A stretch of DNA of 64,000 nt from Eledone cirrhosa (taxonomy: Eukaryota). Numbering within the stretch: position 1 is the stretch's first letter; every line of letters begins with the position of its first letter. A program made the translations under genes and the position numbers. The DNA lies in the NCBI GenBank assembly GCA_964016885.1, contig OZ024758.1:3968001-4032000 (forward strand). The letters are read 5' to 3'. The notes beneath the pieces were generated by a model that was not told the DNA's origin, did not search any database, and saw only the letters and a list, made by a program, of their open reading frames with translations. Below, piece after piece: positions 38,174 to 53,427 of the stretch.

Positions 38174-39359
38174 TTAAATGTTTTAAGCACTCTTTGATTG
38201 TTATTTAGATTGTATAAATATACATATATATATATATATATATATAGGAAATATGGGTCTTCATTTATTATTAGTATCAGCATACTCATCATCGTCAGGG
38301 TAGAAATCCCTTCTATGAAAAATATTTCTGGATATAAAACCCAGTATAATAGTGTAACATATATTTCAATATACAAAAAAAAATGTCTCGTTTATTTTAC
38401 CCTTTTTTTTAACGTGGTCAATAATTATTTAAATACTTCTTTGTGAGTACGTAACGAAATATAAATGAAATGTTCATAAGAACGACCGGTAATTGTTTAT
38501 TAGAATCATGTGACAACATAGAAATTTTAATAACTTTACGTCTTTTACAAGTGAGAATTCATTGAAAGATTGAAACTGCTCAAAGAATTTGTGGACTCTG
38601 AATTATTTTATAATTCATTCACTTTGACTTCTGTGACAGCAATTCAATACGCCCGTTCCAACTGTCTCGATATATCCATTGATTTTTTTAGATGAAATAT
38701 ATTTTATTGACATAAATTTTCTGATTTATATATTATATCTGGATTTTTTTTCACCTTTTAATAAAATATTATAAGAACAATCATAATATTAATAATACCA
38801 ATAATAAAATTATATATGTTGTATGCATACTTTTGTATGTGACTTGCGTATTAGACTGTGTATGTGTCTATGTATGTATGTGTCAATAACAATGATAATA
38901 TTATATATGATGTATGCATGTTTATGTGTCCACAAATGAGTTTGTGATTGTGTCTAAGTGTATGTATGTGTGAACACGAGTGTGTCTGTGTGTTTGTGTT
39001 TCTATGTGTATTGAAATAATGAACGGATTGAAATTTAGTTCTTCCATTTCCTATGACTGTGAAGCAGTCTTTGTCGTATTCTAACCAACAGAAAATATCC
39101 CACCCACTTTCTTTCTGTTAGAGAACGACAACACCTTTCAGGAATGTCTTTGATTGTCCATGCAGCTAATTTCTACATCCCGGAATCCGTTTGTCTGTGG
39201 AAAAGACATAAAAAGCACACAAACTCAAACAGCAATTTCCTGTCTGATTATGTAAATAGAAAATGGGATGTGGGGGTTTTTATGGAAAATAACCGGATAT
39301 GGTTTAACAATAGTTTCCAGTGAAAATTTATTAGGGGAAATATTCCCTCCCACAGCATA

Positions 39360-39600
39360 ACGAATAACATCATCATTATCAGCATCATCATAATTATCAA
39401 CGTCGTAGATCTCACCATAATCATCATCATCATCATCATCAACATCATCATTATTACCGTCATTACCGTCATCAACAAAAACATCATCATCATCATCATA
39501 ATCAACAAAAACATAGTCGTCATCAAAATCATCATCATCATCATCATCATCAAAAACAACAACAATAACTACAATAAAGCTAATTTTGATAATAATAATT
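39360..39600. repeat. Degenerate (ATC)n tract
   Basis: Seen directly; explains the poly-Asp and poly-Met ORFs. Confidence 0.85.
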
Positions 39601-39738
39601 GTTTCTATGTTTGGCACAAGGCCAGCAATTACGCCAGTGCATTACCTCGGCGGGATTTGAAATCAGAATGGCAAGGGCTGTAACTCTATGCGTCAAAGCA
39701 TAGCGTCCGACCCTCTACCGATACTGCCAATCCACCCT
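39595..39738 (-). mobile_element. SINE family A with deleted central domain
   Basis: Tail joined directly to CCTCGGCGGGATTTGA head. Confidence 0.7.
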
Positions 39739-40436
39739 AATAATAACATTACTGATTTCTAGTTTATATCATAATATGTAAACCTATAGTTAGAGTGGTA
39801 TTATAGATATATCGAAAACATCTGGCTAATTCCTTATTTTATAGACATCCGGAAGGGTGACAGGGTAGGTTGATTCCGTTGGTAAGGGAACTCCGAACAG
39901 AAAAGATATTGCGTCCGTTGTTTGTCTTTATCAGGCTTTAGAAGTGCTCCCCAATTACAAAAATGTTTGGATTCGACAACTGGAAAATTTGACTCGGATC
40001 ACATAAATTAATTTAAAGTTGAAAGTGATTATGTAAACCACTCCACCCAGGGTGGTATCCACCAGACTACTGCTACTGCTGCTGCTGATACTACTACAAC
40101 TACTACTACTACCTTACTTAAATTCGATGAGAACATAAAATAAGTACCGGACTAGTACAATGTTAGAATTAGAATCAATCGACTTACACATCGTCCGCAA
40201 AATTATTGGCCTTCAGCCCGTTTTAGAAATCTAGTACTGCTACTACTACTACTATTACTATTACTACTACTGCTGCCACTAGCACCAACCACCACCACTA
40301 ATACTACTACTACTGCCACCAGCACCAACCACCGCTGCTGCTGCTGCTGCTACTACTACTACTATCATTATCGATGATATTAATGTTTGCCAGTTTAATT
40401 AGTGGAAGTGTTCCTAAATTACAAAACATTATTCAG

Positions 40437-41200
40437 GGTGGTGCATTGGAAGAATTGTTAGAGCGTCGGATAATATGCTTTGCTTCATTTTGTTACGTTC
40501 CTGTAAGTTCTGGAGTCAAACGGATCCAACATCCACTCCTCCTTTCATCCTTTCGAGGTCGATAAATAAATACCAGTTATATGTTGTTGTTGCATCTCAC
40601 ACCTATGCAGGTTTGGCTGGCCTCCTCCAAGGTATATCTTGTTGGAGGTGATATAATGATAGGGACCCCAGTCCTATTACCTCATTTCTACAGCTGAATA
40701 AACTGGAGCAACGTGAAATAAAGTGTCTTGCTCAAGGAAACAACACATTAGCCGATCTGAGAATTGAACTCACAACCTTTCAATTGCAAGCCCAATGCTC
40801 TAACCACTAAGCCATGCGCCTTCAGTTACATGCTAGGTAAATATAATCGACATTATCTTACCCTTGAAATGACTGGCCTGGAGTCAAAAGGAGAAATTAT
40901 TATTATTAGTATTGGTAGTGTCGGTAGAGCATCGAACAGCATGCTTTGCGTCACATAGTTATGACTTTTTATGTTCTGACTTCAAATGCCACCGAGGTTA
41001 GTTTTACCTTTCATCCTTACGGGGTTGACAAAGTAAAGTACCAGTAACATACTGTGGTCGATTTAATCGATATTCCCTCCCCCATTATTGCTGGCCTTGT
41101 GTCTATAATACCAATCATTATAACACAGTGGGGTAGATTTAATCCAATTTTCCTTCCCCCAAAAATTTATGGCAATCTGCCTAAATCAGAAACCATTAAT
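40437..41200. mobile_element. SINE cluster: family A (+, 40437-40578), CORE-type (-, 40680-40823), family A (+, 40910-41200)
   Basis: Family motifs. Confidence 0.7.
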
Positions 41201-41569
41201 TTAATTATTATTGAGGTTTTACACAGTAGATATGAGTATTTTATGATATTTAACTTCCTGTTAAAAGACCGTGTCTTCCCCACTTCAGTCACCACAAGGA
41301 CCATAAAAAGTCAGTGCTTTCCTCAATATATATGCATTGCAAACACTGAGAGCAATTTGTGATTCGATGTCTATTAGTTTAAGATACTCTCTCACTTTTA
41401 GTGTTATCTATTATTATTATTATCATTACCATCATCATCATCATCATTAATAGCCAACGTGTAAAAAGAATATCCAATATTTGACTTGAAGTACTTTTGC
41501 GATTTTAACCTTCAAAGACAAAACGTTATCGAAATGCGACATCCAAGTTTCCTTTGAAAAGCTGCAGAA

Positions 41570-42070
41570 GAGAAGAGTGGGAAAAAGAAGAGAACAAACA
41601 TGGAATGAATGAAAAAAAAAGGACAGATTGAGGGAAGGAAAGAGAGTGTAAGCTAGAGAGACAGTGAGAGAGGGAGGGAGAGAGAAAGATAGAGAGGGAA
41701 AGAAAAAAGAGATAGAGAGCGACAGTGGGGAAAAAGAGAGATATAGATAGGGAAAGCGAGAGCAAATGAAAGACAGATATAGGGAGAGAGGGAAAGAGAA
41801 AAATTAGAGAGAAGGAAAGAGAAAGAAAGAGCGATAGAGAGAGGGAAATAGAAAGAGAGAGAGAGATAGGGAAAGATATATATAGAGAAAAGGTGGTAGA
41901 GAGAGGGAAAGAGAGAGAACAAAAGATAGAGAGGTTTGGAGAAATAAAGAGCGATAGAAAGGGGGAAATAGAGAGAAGGAAAGAGAAAGAAAGAGATATT
42001 GAAAAAGGGAAAGAGAGAGACAGCAAATGCAAGAAAGAAAGTTATAAGTGAGAAAGAGTGAAAGAGTGAG
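41570..42070. repeat. GA-rich polypurine tract
   Basis: Seen directly. Confidence 0.85.
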
Positions 42071-42464
42071 ATTGCAATGTGGTAATGTCGTTCTTCAAAC
42101 GTAACTACTAATGCACAAGATGAACACACTCTTGGAATATATGGTTGTACAGCTCATGAAAAACCGTCAGCAGTAATAAATTCTTCGGCTGACAAACGTT
42201 TTCTCTTCTTGATGTGGTTTGTTGCTAAATGTTGTTGTAATTGTTGTAGTTGTTGTCTTATTGAGCCGTCCTATTTCATCGCCCTTCACATTGCCGTCGT
42301 CGTCGTCGTTGGTGTTGAAGTAGTCAATATGAATGCTTTTGTTCTTCTTGTCTGCCATATTTTTGCTTGTGGTGAGCTTTAGCAATGTTTTTACTGGTGT
42401 ATGTGGTATTATTATTTACTGTTCTAGCTGTTCATGATGGCCTGGGTCACTTATTCCCAGAATT

Positions 42465-42847
42465 AAATATGTTAGTTAAACAAGATACTCTATTAACTTC
42501 TTTCCTCACAAAAACACTCATACTTATCCAAACAAACTCTGTATATCGACAGTCTATCGAATTTCGTCAAATCGGACTCAAAACTTCACGTTCGATTCGG
42601 GAATCGAACTCAAAACTTCACGTAATATATATATTAAATATATATATTATATATATATATTATATATATATATATATTATATATATATTATATATATATA
42701 TTATATATATATTATATATATATATTACGTGAAGTTTTGAGTTCGATTTGACGAAAGTCGATCGACTGTCGATATACAGAGTTTGTGTGGATAAGTATGA
42801 GTGTTTTTGTGAGGAAAGAGGTTAATAGAATATCTTGTTTAACTAAC

Positions 42848-42853
<6 letters not shown>
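42465..42853. repeat. About 390-bp quasi-palindrome centred on an AT microsatellite
   Basis: Arms 42465-42591 and 42727-42853 are near-identical reverse complements. Confidence 0.9.
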
Positions 42854-42892
<39 letters not shown>

Positions 42893-43104
42893 ATCGTGAG
42901 GTTGTGATTTCGATTCCCGGACGGGGCGATGTGTTGAGCAAGGCATTTTATATATATATATATATATATAAATATAATTAGTTACAAACTACACACCCAC
43001 ATGCTCCACCATACACCCACACATATACATCCGTCACTCCCATACCACACAGCCGCTCCTTTACCCTTAGACATAGATATATGTATGTATATATATGTAT
43101 ATAC

Positions 43105-43144
<40 letters not shown>

Positions 43145-43196
43145 TTAGATTTATATATTTGTATATATATATATGTATATAAATGTATGCATATAC

Positions 43197-43227
<31 letters not shown>

Positions 43228-43645
43228 TTATTCATGCGAATACAGGTATTTATATATCTATGCAACATTTGGTATCATCCTTTACATTTGAGCTCCTGAT
43301 CATTTTATCTCTTATTTATATTGCAATTAAAATGACAAGAAACAGTATATTACCTCGTACTCCTATTTTGTTGCTCGTGTATTTTTTATTAACCCCTTTC
43401 TTTTCTCTCAGTTAATTATTTAGCATACTATGTATAATTAAAATTGCCCCAAGATTTAATCAGAGCTATAGACTTTCTTATATTATTGTTGATCATATTG
43501 TAGTAACACATGCAGTGAATTAATTATTCGTCTCTGCCTTTCCTCCTAAACGGTTTAGCTCCATATTCCTCTCTCTCACCTACAATTTATCGACCAAACA
43601 ATCTATCTATATCTATATATATAAATCAAACTATATATCTATCTA

Positions 43646-43781
<136 letters not shown>

Positions 43782-43996
43782 GAAGGCGTATGGCTGTGTG
43801 GTTAGAGAATTGGATTCACAATCGTGAGGTTGTGAGTACGATACCCGGACCAGGCGATGCGTTATGTCCTTGAGCAAGACACTTTATTTCACGTTGCTCC
43901 TTCTACCTGGAGTTGCGACCGATAGGTAGTATTAGCAATTGGAAAGACCAACGGAAACATTGTTTCTTCGGTCCGATTTGACGAAAGTTGATCGTT
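43782..43996 (+). mobile_element. CORE-type SINE, tail type 3
   Basis: TGGCTGTGTGG A box, degenerate B box, GTCCTTGAGCAAGACACTTTATTTCACG core. Confidence 0.85.
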
Positions 43997-45334
43997 AAAA
44001 AAAAAATATATATATATATATACACACATATTTAACTATCTATCCATATATATATATATATTTATATATATATATCCCTATTCTATCCTATCTAAATGTC
44101 TCTCTGTATATGTATGTAACTCGGTAATATAATATGTCTGTGTGTATATATCGATACTGTTTTCTCACCGAAACAGTCATTCCTCCATTACATCCTCCTA
44201 CATTGCCTCTCGTGTTTCAGGAGGTAAATATTGTTTACTTGATATATTAGTCATAATGGTGGTCGATGAATGGCATAGAAATATGCCGCAGCCTTTGAGG
44301 GAAATTCAATATCTAGAAGTATATTGACGCGTTGAACGATAAAGTTTCCTCTACAAAAGATCCCTGTTGTGCCAGGAACATACATGGCTAATCATGATGA
44401 TCATGATTAAAGAGCTGAAGATAATAGGAAATACGACGAGGCGGAGATGTACGAGGAAGAGGAACTGCGCAAAATAGCAAGAATGTAAAATGAAAGAAAT
44501 AAAAGAGAAAAAGTTGCTGATTAGAAAAATAACGTCGCAGAAGTAGATTGCTCACAAATAAATGATGACATAAGACTAACATGTTCTACTCCTTGATATG
44601 GATGCTTAAATTCCAGTTGATCACAATAACCGGCTAAATTGTCTGAGCTACACCATCGTTAACGCACACTTGATCCTTGACACGAAGTGGAATTTATGTT
44701 ATTGTTTTGCGCTCAAAGCCCAGAAGACAGGGGATGTAGAAGCGTGTCTCCTATTGATTTTCTTTCAGACCATTACCACGATTCATTGTCGTTCTTACCG
44801 TTTCTCGAGAGCAAATACTTAAGAAATGTGAACTAGGTAGGATATCTTGTTTCTATTTTTTCCGTTGGCCCTTTCTTTCTCGTTCAGCTTATTTCTCAGT
44901 GGAGAAATATTTGACAAAAAAAAAAAAAAAAAAAAAAAAACCTACAACAAAAACACAAAATATATATGACAATATAAACCATACTTTCTCTGTAATGTTG
45001 CAATTTTATCCCTTTTTCACTTTATAATCCATTGTTGACCGTAGAGGTGGAGTGGGTGTGCTTGATATGTTGTATGACTTATGTGATGTTTTTCACCTTG
45101 CTTCGCTTCATTTAGTTTTTATCAAATCATTTTTGAAGGACAAGATATTAATATATAATATGTGTTTACGTCGGGTTATGACTTCCTCACATCTTCATAC
45201 TAAACACTCAAATAATGTTTAATGGGATACTTCTGTGTTACTTTAGAAATATTTCTTGCTTGAATATACGAACACATATACCATAACATAGCTCATATAG
45301 ATTCTGAATTTTGCAAAGAACTCACACACATAAA

Positions 45335-45830
45335 CTCACATATACATACACTCCCATACTGACATACACTCACATATATACACCCCCCACACAGACATAC
45401 ACTCACATATACATACACCCCCACACCGACATACACTCACATATATACCCCCCCCCCCACACACAGACATACACTCACATATACATACACCCCACACAGA
45501 CATACACTCGCATATATACACCCCCACACAGACATACACTCGCATATATACCCCCACACACACAGACACACACACAGACATACACTCACATATATACACC
45601 CCCCCACACAGACATACACTCACATATACACCCCCCCACCCCAACAAACACACAGACATACTCACATATACACCCCCCCCCCACACACACACAGACATAA
45701 AGTCACATATACACCCCCCACACACAAACATACACTCACATATACATACCCCCCCCCCCACACACAGACATAAACTCAGATATGCATCACCCCCACACAT
45801 ACATACACTCACATAGACATGCCTCCACGC
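45335..45830. repeat. About 30-bp minisatellite CACAGACATACACTCACATATACAC(C)n
   Basis: Seen directly. Confidence 0.85.
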
Positions 45831-46134
45831 CCATACCCACATATGCATGGTCCCATGTTCACCACATATAGCTCAACACATTCTGAATCATATTCTAGAA
45901 TATCTGATATGATAGACAGTTGTTTATACACAATTGATTAAAGTTTTATATTACTTAGATTCAAAATGTCATAGGCAAGATACCGTACTTGGCATTACAC
46001 ATGGAGAGCCTCCATGTTATGCCATGAAAGACCAGTACAGCTGACTTTCCCAAACATATCTTATGGAAGAAAACAAAGAACCTTGAGTGGTACAACACTA
46101 CAGTTATGGCCAGCAATCAACAAATTGTTTTGAA

Positions 46135-47203
46135 ATAATTGTTTCTACTTTTGACACAAGGCCAGTAATTAACCAGTGCATTACTGGTACTTTATTTTAT
46201 CGACCCCGTAAGGATGAAAGGCAAAGTTAACCTCGGCGGGATTTGAACACAGAATGGCAAGAGCCGTAACTCTATACGTCAAAGCATGGCGTCCGACGTA
46301 TTTGAAATGGTTTTGAAATAATATTTCCATGAAGTATCCGTGGGAAGTTAATGGGTGTTCATGGACTATGAATGGTTTAGAATTCATAAGGCAGTTTCAA
46401 TGTTTAAAACTTATAATTCAGTATAGTAATAATCATTATATCACAGTAGTTATTATTTATAGTTAGTTCAGGTCGGTGAATTGGCAGTATCAGTAGAGGG
46501 TCGGACAACATGCTTTGCGGCATAGAGTTACAATCCTTTACGATTTGACTTCAATTCCTGTCGAGGTTAACATTGCCTTTCACCCTAACGGGCTCAATAA
46601 AATAAAGCACTAGTAACGAATAGGGATCGATTCAATCGTCTGCGCCCTTGCCCCAAAAAACAAAATTGTTGGCCTTGTGCCTACATCAGAAACCATTATT
46701 TAGTTAGTTCAGCCCCAATATTTATATATTTGTGCCAGTTATAGAGGTTCAGGTAAAATGTAACAGAGAAATTACGTTTGTTTACTCTAGGCGATGCTAA
46801 ATAATTGTTTCTACTTTAGGCACAAAGCCAGCAATTACCCAGTGCATTACTGGTACTTTATTTTATCGACCCCGTAAGGATGAAAGGCAAAGTCAACCTT
46901 GGCGGGATTTGAACTCAGATCGTAAAGGGACGTAACTATGCTGGAAAGCATGGCGTCCGACCATCTACCGATACTGCCAATCCACGATGCCAAATAATCT
47001 GCAATATTATATGAAGGGAGGTGGATTAGCAGTATCGATAGAGGGTCTGCCGCTATCCTTTGCAGCAACGAGTTACGGCCCTTTAGGATCTGTGTTCAAA
47101 TCCCACCGAAGTTAACATTGCCTTTCATCCTTACGGTGTCGATAAAATAAAGTACCAGTAATACGCTGAGATAACTGCTGGCCTCATGCCAAAAGAGAAA
47201 CAA
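46135..47203. mobile_element. Four SINE family A copies in alternating orientation
   Basis: 46135-46298 (-), 46470-46700 (+), 46801-46990 (-), 47018-47203 (+). Confidence 0.85.
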
Positions 47204-47664
47204 ATATATGAACCTTTGACTGGTCATGGAAATATCGTAAGCTTGTATCGAGTCCAAGCTGAATCTATTTTAAATCCTTTAACTTGAAATGTAATTGTAC
47301 AAACCACGATCATGCTTTTGCTGAGTTTACACAATTCCATGACACTTTAACACATTATTACTATTTTCCTAGAAAGGTAGAATACCTGACTGAATTATTT
47401 AAGCCGTTTACTCTCTCTGAGGTCCTATTTCACATTCCAGCAGCGTTGATTAAAATATATATCAGATGTATATGGGAATCGATTCTCTCAGCCATAAATG
47501 TTTTGGCTTTCTGTCAAAAGAAAGTAGTCATTGTTATTTTTAGTGGTACACATAAATACACACATACACGGACACACACACAGAAGGAGACATACACACG
47601 CAGACACACATAGGGAGAGACAGAACTTGAGACACATGCATACACACTCACGCACATACACACA

Positions 47665-47682
47665 TATGTATATATATATATG

Positions 47683-47767
<85 letters not shown>

Positions 47768-48029
47768 ATGTATATATATATATATGTGTGTGTATGTATA
47801 TATATATATATGTATGTATGTGTGTGTATGTATATATATATGTATGTGTGTGTATGTATGTATATATATATGTGTGTGTATGTATGTATATATATATGTA
47901 TGTGTGTGTATGTATGTATATATATATGTATGTGTGTGTATGTATGTATATATATATGTATGTGTGTGTATGTATGTATATATATATGTATGTGTGTGTA
48001 TGTATGTATATATATATGTATGTGTGTGT

Positions 48030-48065
<36 letters not shown>

Positions 48066-48130
48066 ATGTATGTATGTATGTATGTATGTATATATATATA
48101 TATATATACACATATATATGTATATATATA
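47665..48130. repeat. TA/TG/TATG compound array
   Basis: Seen directly. Confidence 0.9.
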
Positions 48131-48405
48131 ATTAGAATAAACTTTAGGTAGCGCTGTGAGATATGTTGGAAAGGTCGTATTGGGAAAGCCGGGTCAATGT
48201 GGATGTGTAACATATGACTATTAGATTAGATTAATGAAAGGAAAAGAAGACGAAACGTGAGATTTAAACATTTAACTTATATTTCATTTATATTACATAG
48301 TTAGAAAGCCTTTCTAGAGAGAAAGGCTTCAGTGTACGATATTGTGCCGCGCTGTGCTCTAATGATGTGGTATGGTCACAAAACCCAATCGTCTCCTTCT
48401 ACTGG

Positions 48406-48884
48406 GAAGGCGCATGTCTTAGTGGTTAGAGCATTGGGCTTGTAACCGAAAGGTTGTGAGTTCAATTCTCGAACCGGGTGATGTGTCTTTTCCCTGAGCA
48501 AGACACTTTAATTCATGTTGCTCGAGTTTACTCAGCTGTAGAAATGAGATAATATGACTGAGGTCCCCAACATTAAATCACACGAGACACATCCAACGAG
48601 ATATAACCTGATGGAAGCCAGCTAAACCTGCATAGGTGTGAGATGTCACACACTATTGCACACAACCGTCCGTCACGAATGGCCATGTGATTTGCACCTA
48701 GAATGTTTCCCTCCGAGCATAGTCTGGGCAAGGGGGTTTGAGGAAGACCAGCAGTCGCACTTGCATGCCAGCCTCATCTTTCCACGTCCCCGAAGATGTC
48801 CAAGGGAAAGGCTGTGGCCGATTGAGCTTGGCACCATTGACGTCGCAACTTGTTCCTACAGCTGAGTAAACTGGAGCCACGTGA
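48406..48884. mobile_element. CORE-type SINE head (+, 48406-48550) and inverted type-2 tail (-, 48665-48884)
   Basis: A/B boxes and core in the head; tail homologous to 2200-2420. Confidence 0.75.
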
Positions 48885-49026
48885 GTTAGTTCGGATCTAG
48901 CTGTCGAAACGGCCGGAGCACAGCTGTCGGCGTCCTGACTCTTTTCATAGAACCCACTCTACTACCCTAAGTATTGAGTACTCTGGTGCATTATGGCCCA
49001 TCTGGTATCTTACCACAGCCTCTTTG

Positions 49027-49028
<2 letters not shown>
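48885..49028 (+). mobile_element. Family D PLE-like fragment
   Basis: Shared motif; ends at (TA)n. Confidence 0.65.
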
Positions 49029-49072
<44 letters not shown>

Positions 49073-49154
49073 GGTTGTTCTGGAACTTCTCTGTACATAC
49101 ACATTCGACAATGTTAATAGTAGCCGCGTATCAAGTGTGCGTGTTTGTGTGAGT

Positions 49155-49159
49155 GTATG

Positions 49160-49213
<54 letters not shown>

Positions 49214-49261
49214 CATATATTATATATATATACATACATATATTATATATATATACATACA

Positions 49262-49312
<51 letters not shown>

Positions 49313-49319
49313 ACATACA

Positions 49320-49372
<53 letters not shown>

Positions 49373-49380
49373 ATATATAC

Positions 49381-49412
<32 letters not shown>

Positions 49413-49417
49413 CATAC

Positions 49418-49449
<32 letters not shown>

Positions 49450-49454
49450 CATAC

Positions 49455-49486
<32 letters not shown>

Positions 49487-49491
49487 CATAC

Positions 49492-49529
<38 letters not shown>

Positions 49530-49530
49530 C

Positions 49531-49572
<42 letters not shown>

Positions 49573-49756
49573 CATATATTATATATATATATATATATAT
49601 ACATACTTATATTATATATATATATATATATACATACATATATTATATATATATATACATACATATATTATATATATATATATACATACATATATTATAT
49701 ATATATATACATACATATATTATATATATATATATACATACATATATTATATATAT

Positions 49757-49798
<42 letters not shown>

Positions 49799-49809
49799 CA
49801 TATATATAT

Positions 49810-49848
<39 letters not shown>

Positions 49849-49864
49849 TAAATACATATATATA

Positions 49865-49900
<36 letters not shown>
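49155..49900. repeat. AT-rich array (TA)n-CATACATATAT
   Basis: Seen directly. Confidence 0.9.
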
Positions 49901-49904
<4 letters not shown>

Positions 49905-49976
49905 GAGAGAGAGAGGGAGGGAAGAGATTTGTCTCAAGTGTGTGTGTGAGTTTCCGTGCATGTGTATACATATGTA

Positions 49977-50020
<44 letters not shown>

Positions 50021-50397
50021 TTTCGTGTTTGTCTGCGTTCATAAACTGAATGACAGAAGAATACATGGCAACTCGACTGTGAAAACAAAAGCCAAACTAA
50101 CTGATAGCTTTGCCTGATAACAAAACTTCCAGAACTCTGAATAAATAAAGAGTGCTGCCTTGCCTTTCTCTCAACCCCTGAACTCAGAATCTTCTATTTG
50201 TTTTGGCATGTACGATTTTAAAGTATGGCATCAAAGAATTCTCTTGTTCTCTTTGACTCGGTTCTATTTTATTTTGTGTTTGATATATTTTATATCAAAG
50301 TTAACACGAAAAATGAGTAAGAAAAAACACTCCCATTATATATATATGTATATATATATGTATATATGTATATATATATGTGTGTATATATTACACA

Positions 50398-50444
<47 letters not shown>

Positions 50445-51247
50445 TCATATATATATATATATATACATACACACTCACATATATATACATACATACACTT
50501 ATATATATATACATACATACACTTATATATATATATATATATACACACATACACACACACCATACATATATATATATATGTACGGTGTGTCCTATACACT
50601 GGCCGTCCATATACCCCACACACTCTCTCTCTCATACACACACAAAGAACACATAAGCAAATATACATGATAATTAGCCATTTTAAATCAGACACATGAA
50701 TATTTGTCTCTCTCGAGTTTTTTACTTCCCTCATTCAATTCGTTTCAAAGAACTCAGCCGTGAAATACAGAAATAAAACCCGAGATTCTTGTTGAGGTCA
50801 CCATGACAGTTTTCTTGCTTTTTATTCCTTCCTGAATCTAAAATTTGGAAAGTCATCAGTGAGTAAGTTATATTAATACAATCCTTTCAGTAAAATACGA
50901 TCACATTCCTTGTGTAAAATACGATCACATGCCTTCTAGGAAACACAGCAGCTTTAAGTGTCTATGATGAAAATCCAGCTATGTTAGTAAACTTATATAT
51001 ATATATAACACATATATATATATATAAGTTTATTATTATAACTATTATAAATATATAGAGAGTGGTATTGATAATACACACACACACGTGTGTGTGTGTG
51101 TGTGTGTGCGCGTGTAGATGCATTCTTAAGTATAAATATATATATATATTATACATGTCAGCTAAAAATGTATACACAATTTGATTATCTGTAGAGGCAA
51201 TATTTATTAGAACGCTGTTTTCAAGTGTGTATACATTTTTGGGGACC

Positions 51248-51312
<65 letters not shown>

Positions 51313-52449
51313 GGGGGGGGGGTGAGTGTGTGTGTATAAAACTCTGGCTTATTTATAATTTCTCATCGTTTAACCAGAGGTTTTAAAGCAACATCGCTGT
51401 ATTAAGCAAAGTAAATTAGACGTCATATCATATTTAAAAGAGTTTCACATTATTCATTGTTACAAGGTTTTTCCTATGGATGTTTGTAAGGGACGAATCA
51501 CCGCACTGAATTGCTTTGAAAAGATCACTTGCTGTTGGTAAATCGAATTTAAGCATCGCTGAACACGGTGAAAATGAAAATGAATGAAGCGAGTGTGTGA
51601 TTTAATGATTTGATCGAAGTATCAGTTAAAGACGAAGAAAGATCAGCGACAGTGAAAACTGTAACGTGTGTGTGTGTGTGTGTGGGGCGGGGTTATTGAT
51701 GTTTTTGTTTAGTTCCAGGTCTGCCTGGATCCAATGGTTCTGTTATTAAAGTGTTTTCAACCACGATAGTCCTGTCGTTGCACATTTTATGTAGACTGTA
51801 AAAGAAACAATTCTGTACTGAATACGTCCTACTTCTTTCAGAGATTTGGAGGTAATTTGGTGATTAATTACCAGCTGTTTCTTGTAGAGAAAGCGATCAC
51901 ATAGAGCGTTCCTCATTGGTTCTTACAACCACGTCGAGTCATACTCATTAACACACGTGATCATTTACAGTTTTCGTCATTGGCTTTTGTTTAATGTGAC
52001 ATAATTAACATATAACCCCTTAAAATAGATGTAAAAAGTATCTGTAAAACTAATAATAATAACGATTTCCACCATAAATAAAATATAGAAAATTTTAGTA
52101 AAGAATTATCGATTAAACCGTCTTCAGTACTTAACTAGTACTTTATTTTATCGAACCTGAAATGATGAAAAGCGTAGATGACCTTCGAATGATTTGAATT
52201 GCAAACATGGAGAGATAAAGCAAAATCTGCAAAACATGTTCCCGAGTATCTATATGTCTGCCACGCTAATAACAATATTGATTTCTTAATAGTCACATGG
52301 CCAGATGCCATTATATTATTTAGTACCATTTTATTTGATTTTGCAAGGATGAAAAGAACATTAAAATTTGGCTGAATTAGATTCAGAAAATAAAGTTACC
52401 TAACTAAATACTTGTTTCTAGATTCCACTGATGCTATATCTTAATAATG

Positions 52450-53140
52450 ATAATAATTGTTTCTACTTTAGGCACAAGGCCAGCAATTACCAGTGCATTA
52501 CTGGTACTTTAATAATCGTTTCTTATATAGGCCAGTAATTTGGGGGGAAGGGGAAAGTCGATTAAATTGACCCCAGTCAATTTGACCCCAGTACGTTATT
52601 GGTGCTTTATTTGATCGACCCCATAAGGATAAAAGGCAAAGGTAAACTCGACGGGATTGGAACTGAGAACGTAAAGGGTCTTATATCTATACTGCCAATC
52701 TGCCACGCTTAGTAATAATGATTATTATGGCTTCAAATTTAGACACAATTTCAGCAACTTGGAGGGGAGGGAAAGTAGATTACACTGACACGAGTGCATT
52801 ACTGGTACTTCATTTTATTGATCCTGTAAGGATGAAAGACAAAGCTAAACTCGGCGGTATTTGAACTCAGAAAATAAAGGGCTCCGCTACCGATTCTGCC
52901 AATCCACCGCCTTAACAATAACAATAATTTCTAAAAACCGTACTTTGTCAAAAATATATTTGACGGGAAAGGTTAATCTTTTAAATCACACCCAAAATTT
53001 CGCTGGTTATCCTTTTTTTTTTATCGCTCTACTGATAAGGGGAAAAGCAAAGTTTACCTCCTTGGAATTAAACTGGGAATGTAGAGAGCGGCAACAAATA
53101 TAGGAAGACATTTTGTCCGACCTTCTAACATGTCTGCCAA
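52450..53140 (-). mobile_element. Tandem cluster of SINE family A copies of different ages
   Basis: Family motifs repeated several times. Confidence 0.7.
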
Positions 53141-53427
53141 TATAATATCTTTCCAGAAAATGATAATAAATATTTCTAACGCAAACATATAAATTTAAGA
53201 GAGAATTGTTTATATTAATACAGTAGTTTTTATATTAAACTAGTAGTTGACATTCATCTATTTTGTCGACAGTAGAAGTTGAGAAGAGAGCATTTCCGTA
53301 AAAATGGTTGAGACGAAATGCATTGACCTATAAAATGTGTTACGCATCTTTTCATGTCTATATTTTTACTTTACACACACACGCACACGCACACGCACAT
53401 ACGTACATACGTACATACGTACGTCTA

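Noticed and set aside
42167-42385. ORF MADKKNKSIHID... and alternative frame ...KKRKRLSAEEF
   Set aside because: Short, partly trinucleotide-derived, frames interrupted by stops, no convincing splice sites or recognisable domain.
43782-43860. tRNA genes at A/B-box motifs
   Set aside because: They run into CORE or central SINE domains and lack a full cloverleaf; they are SINE heads.
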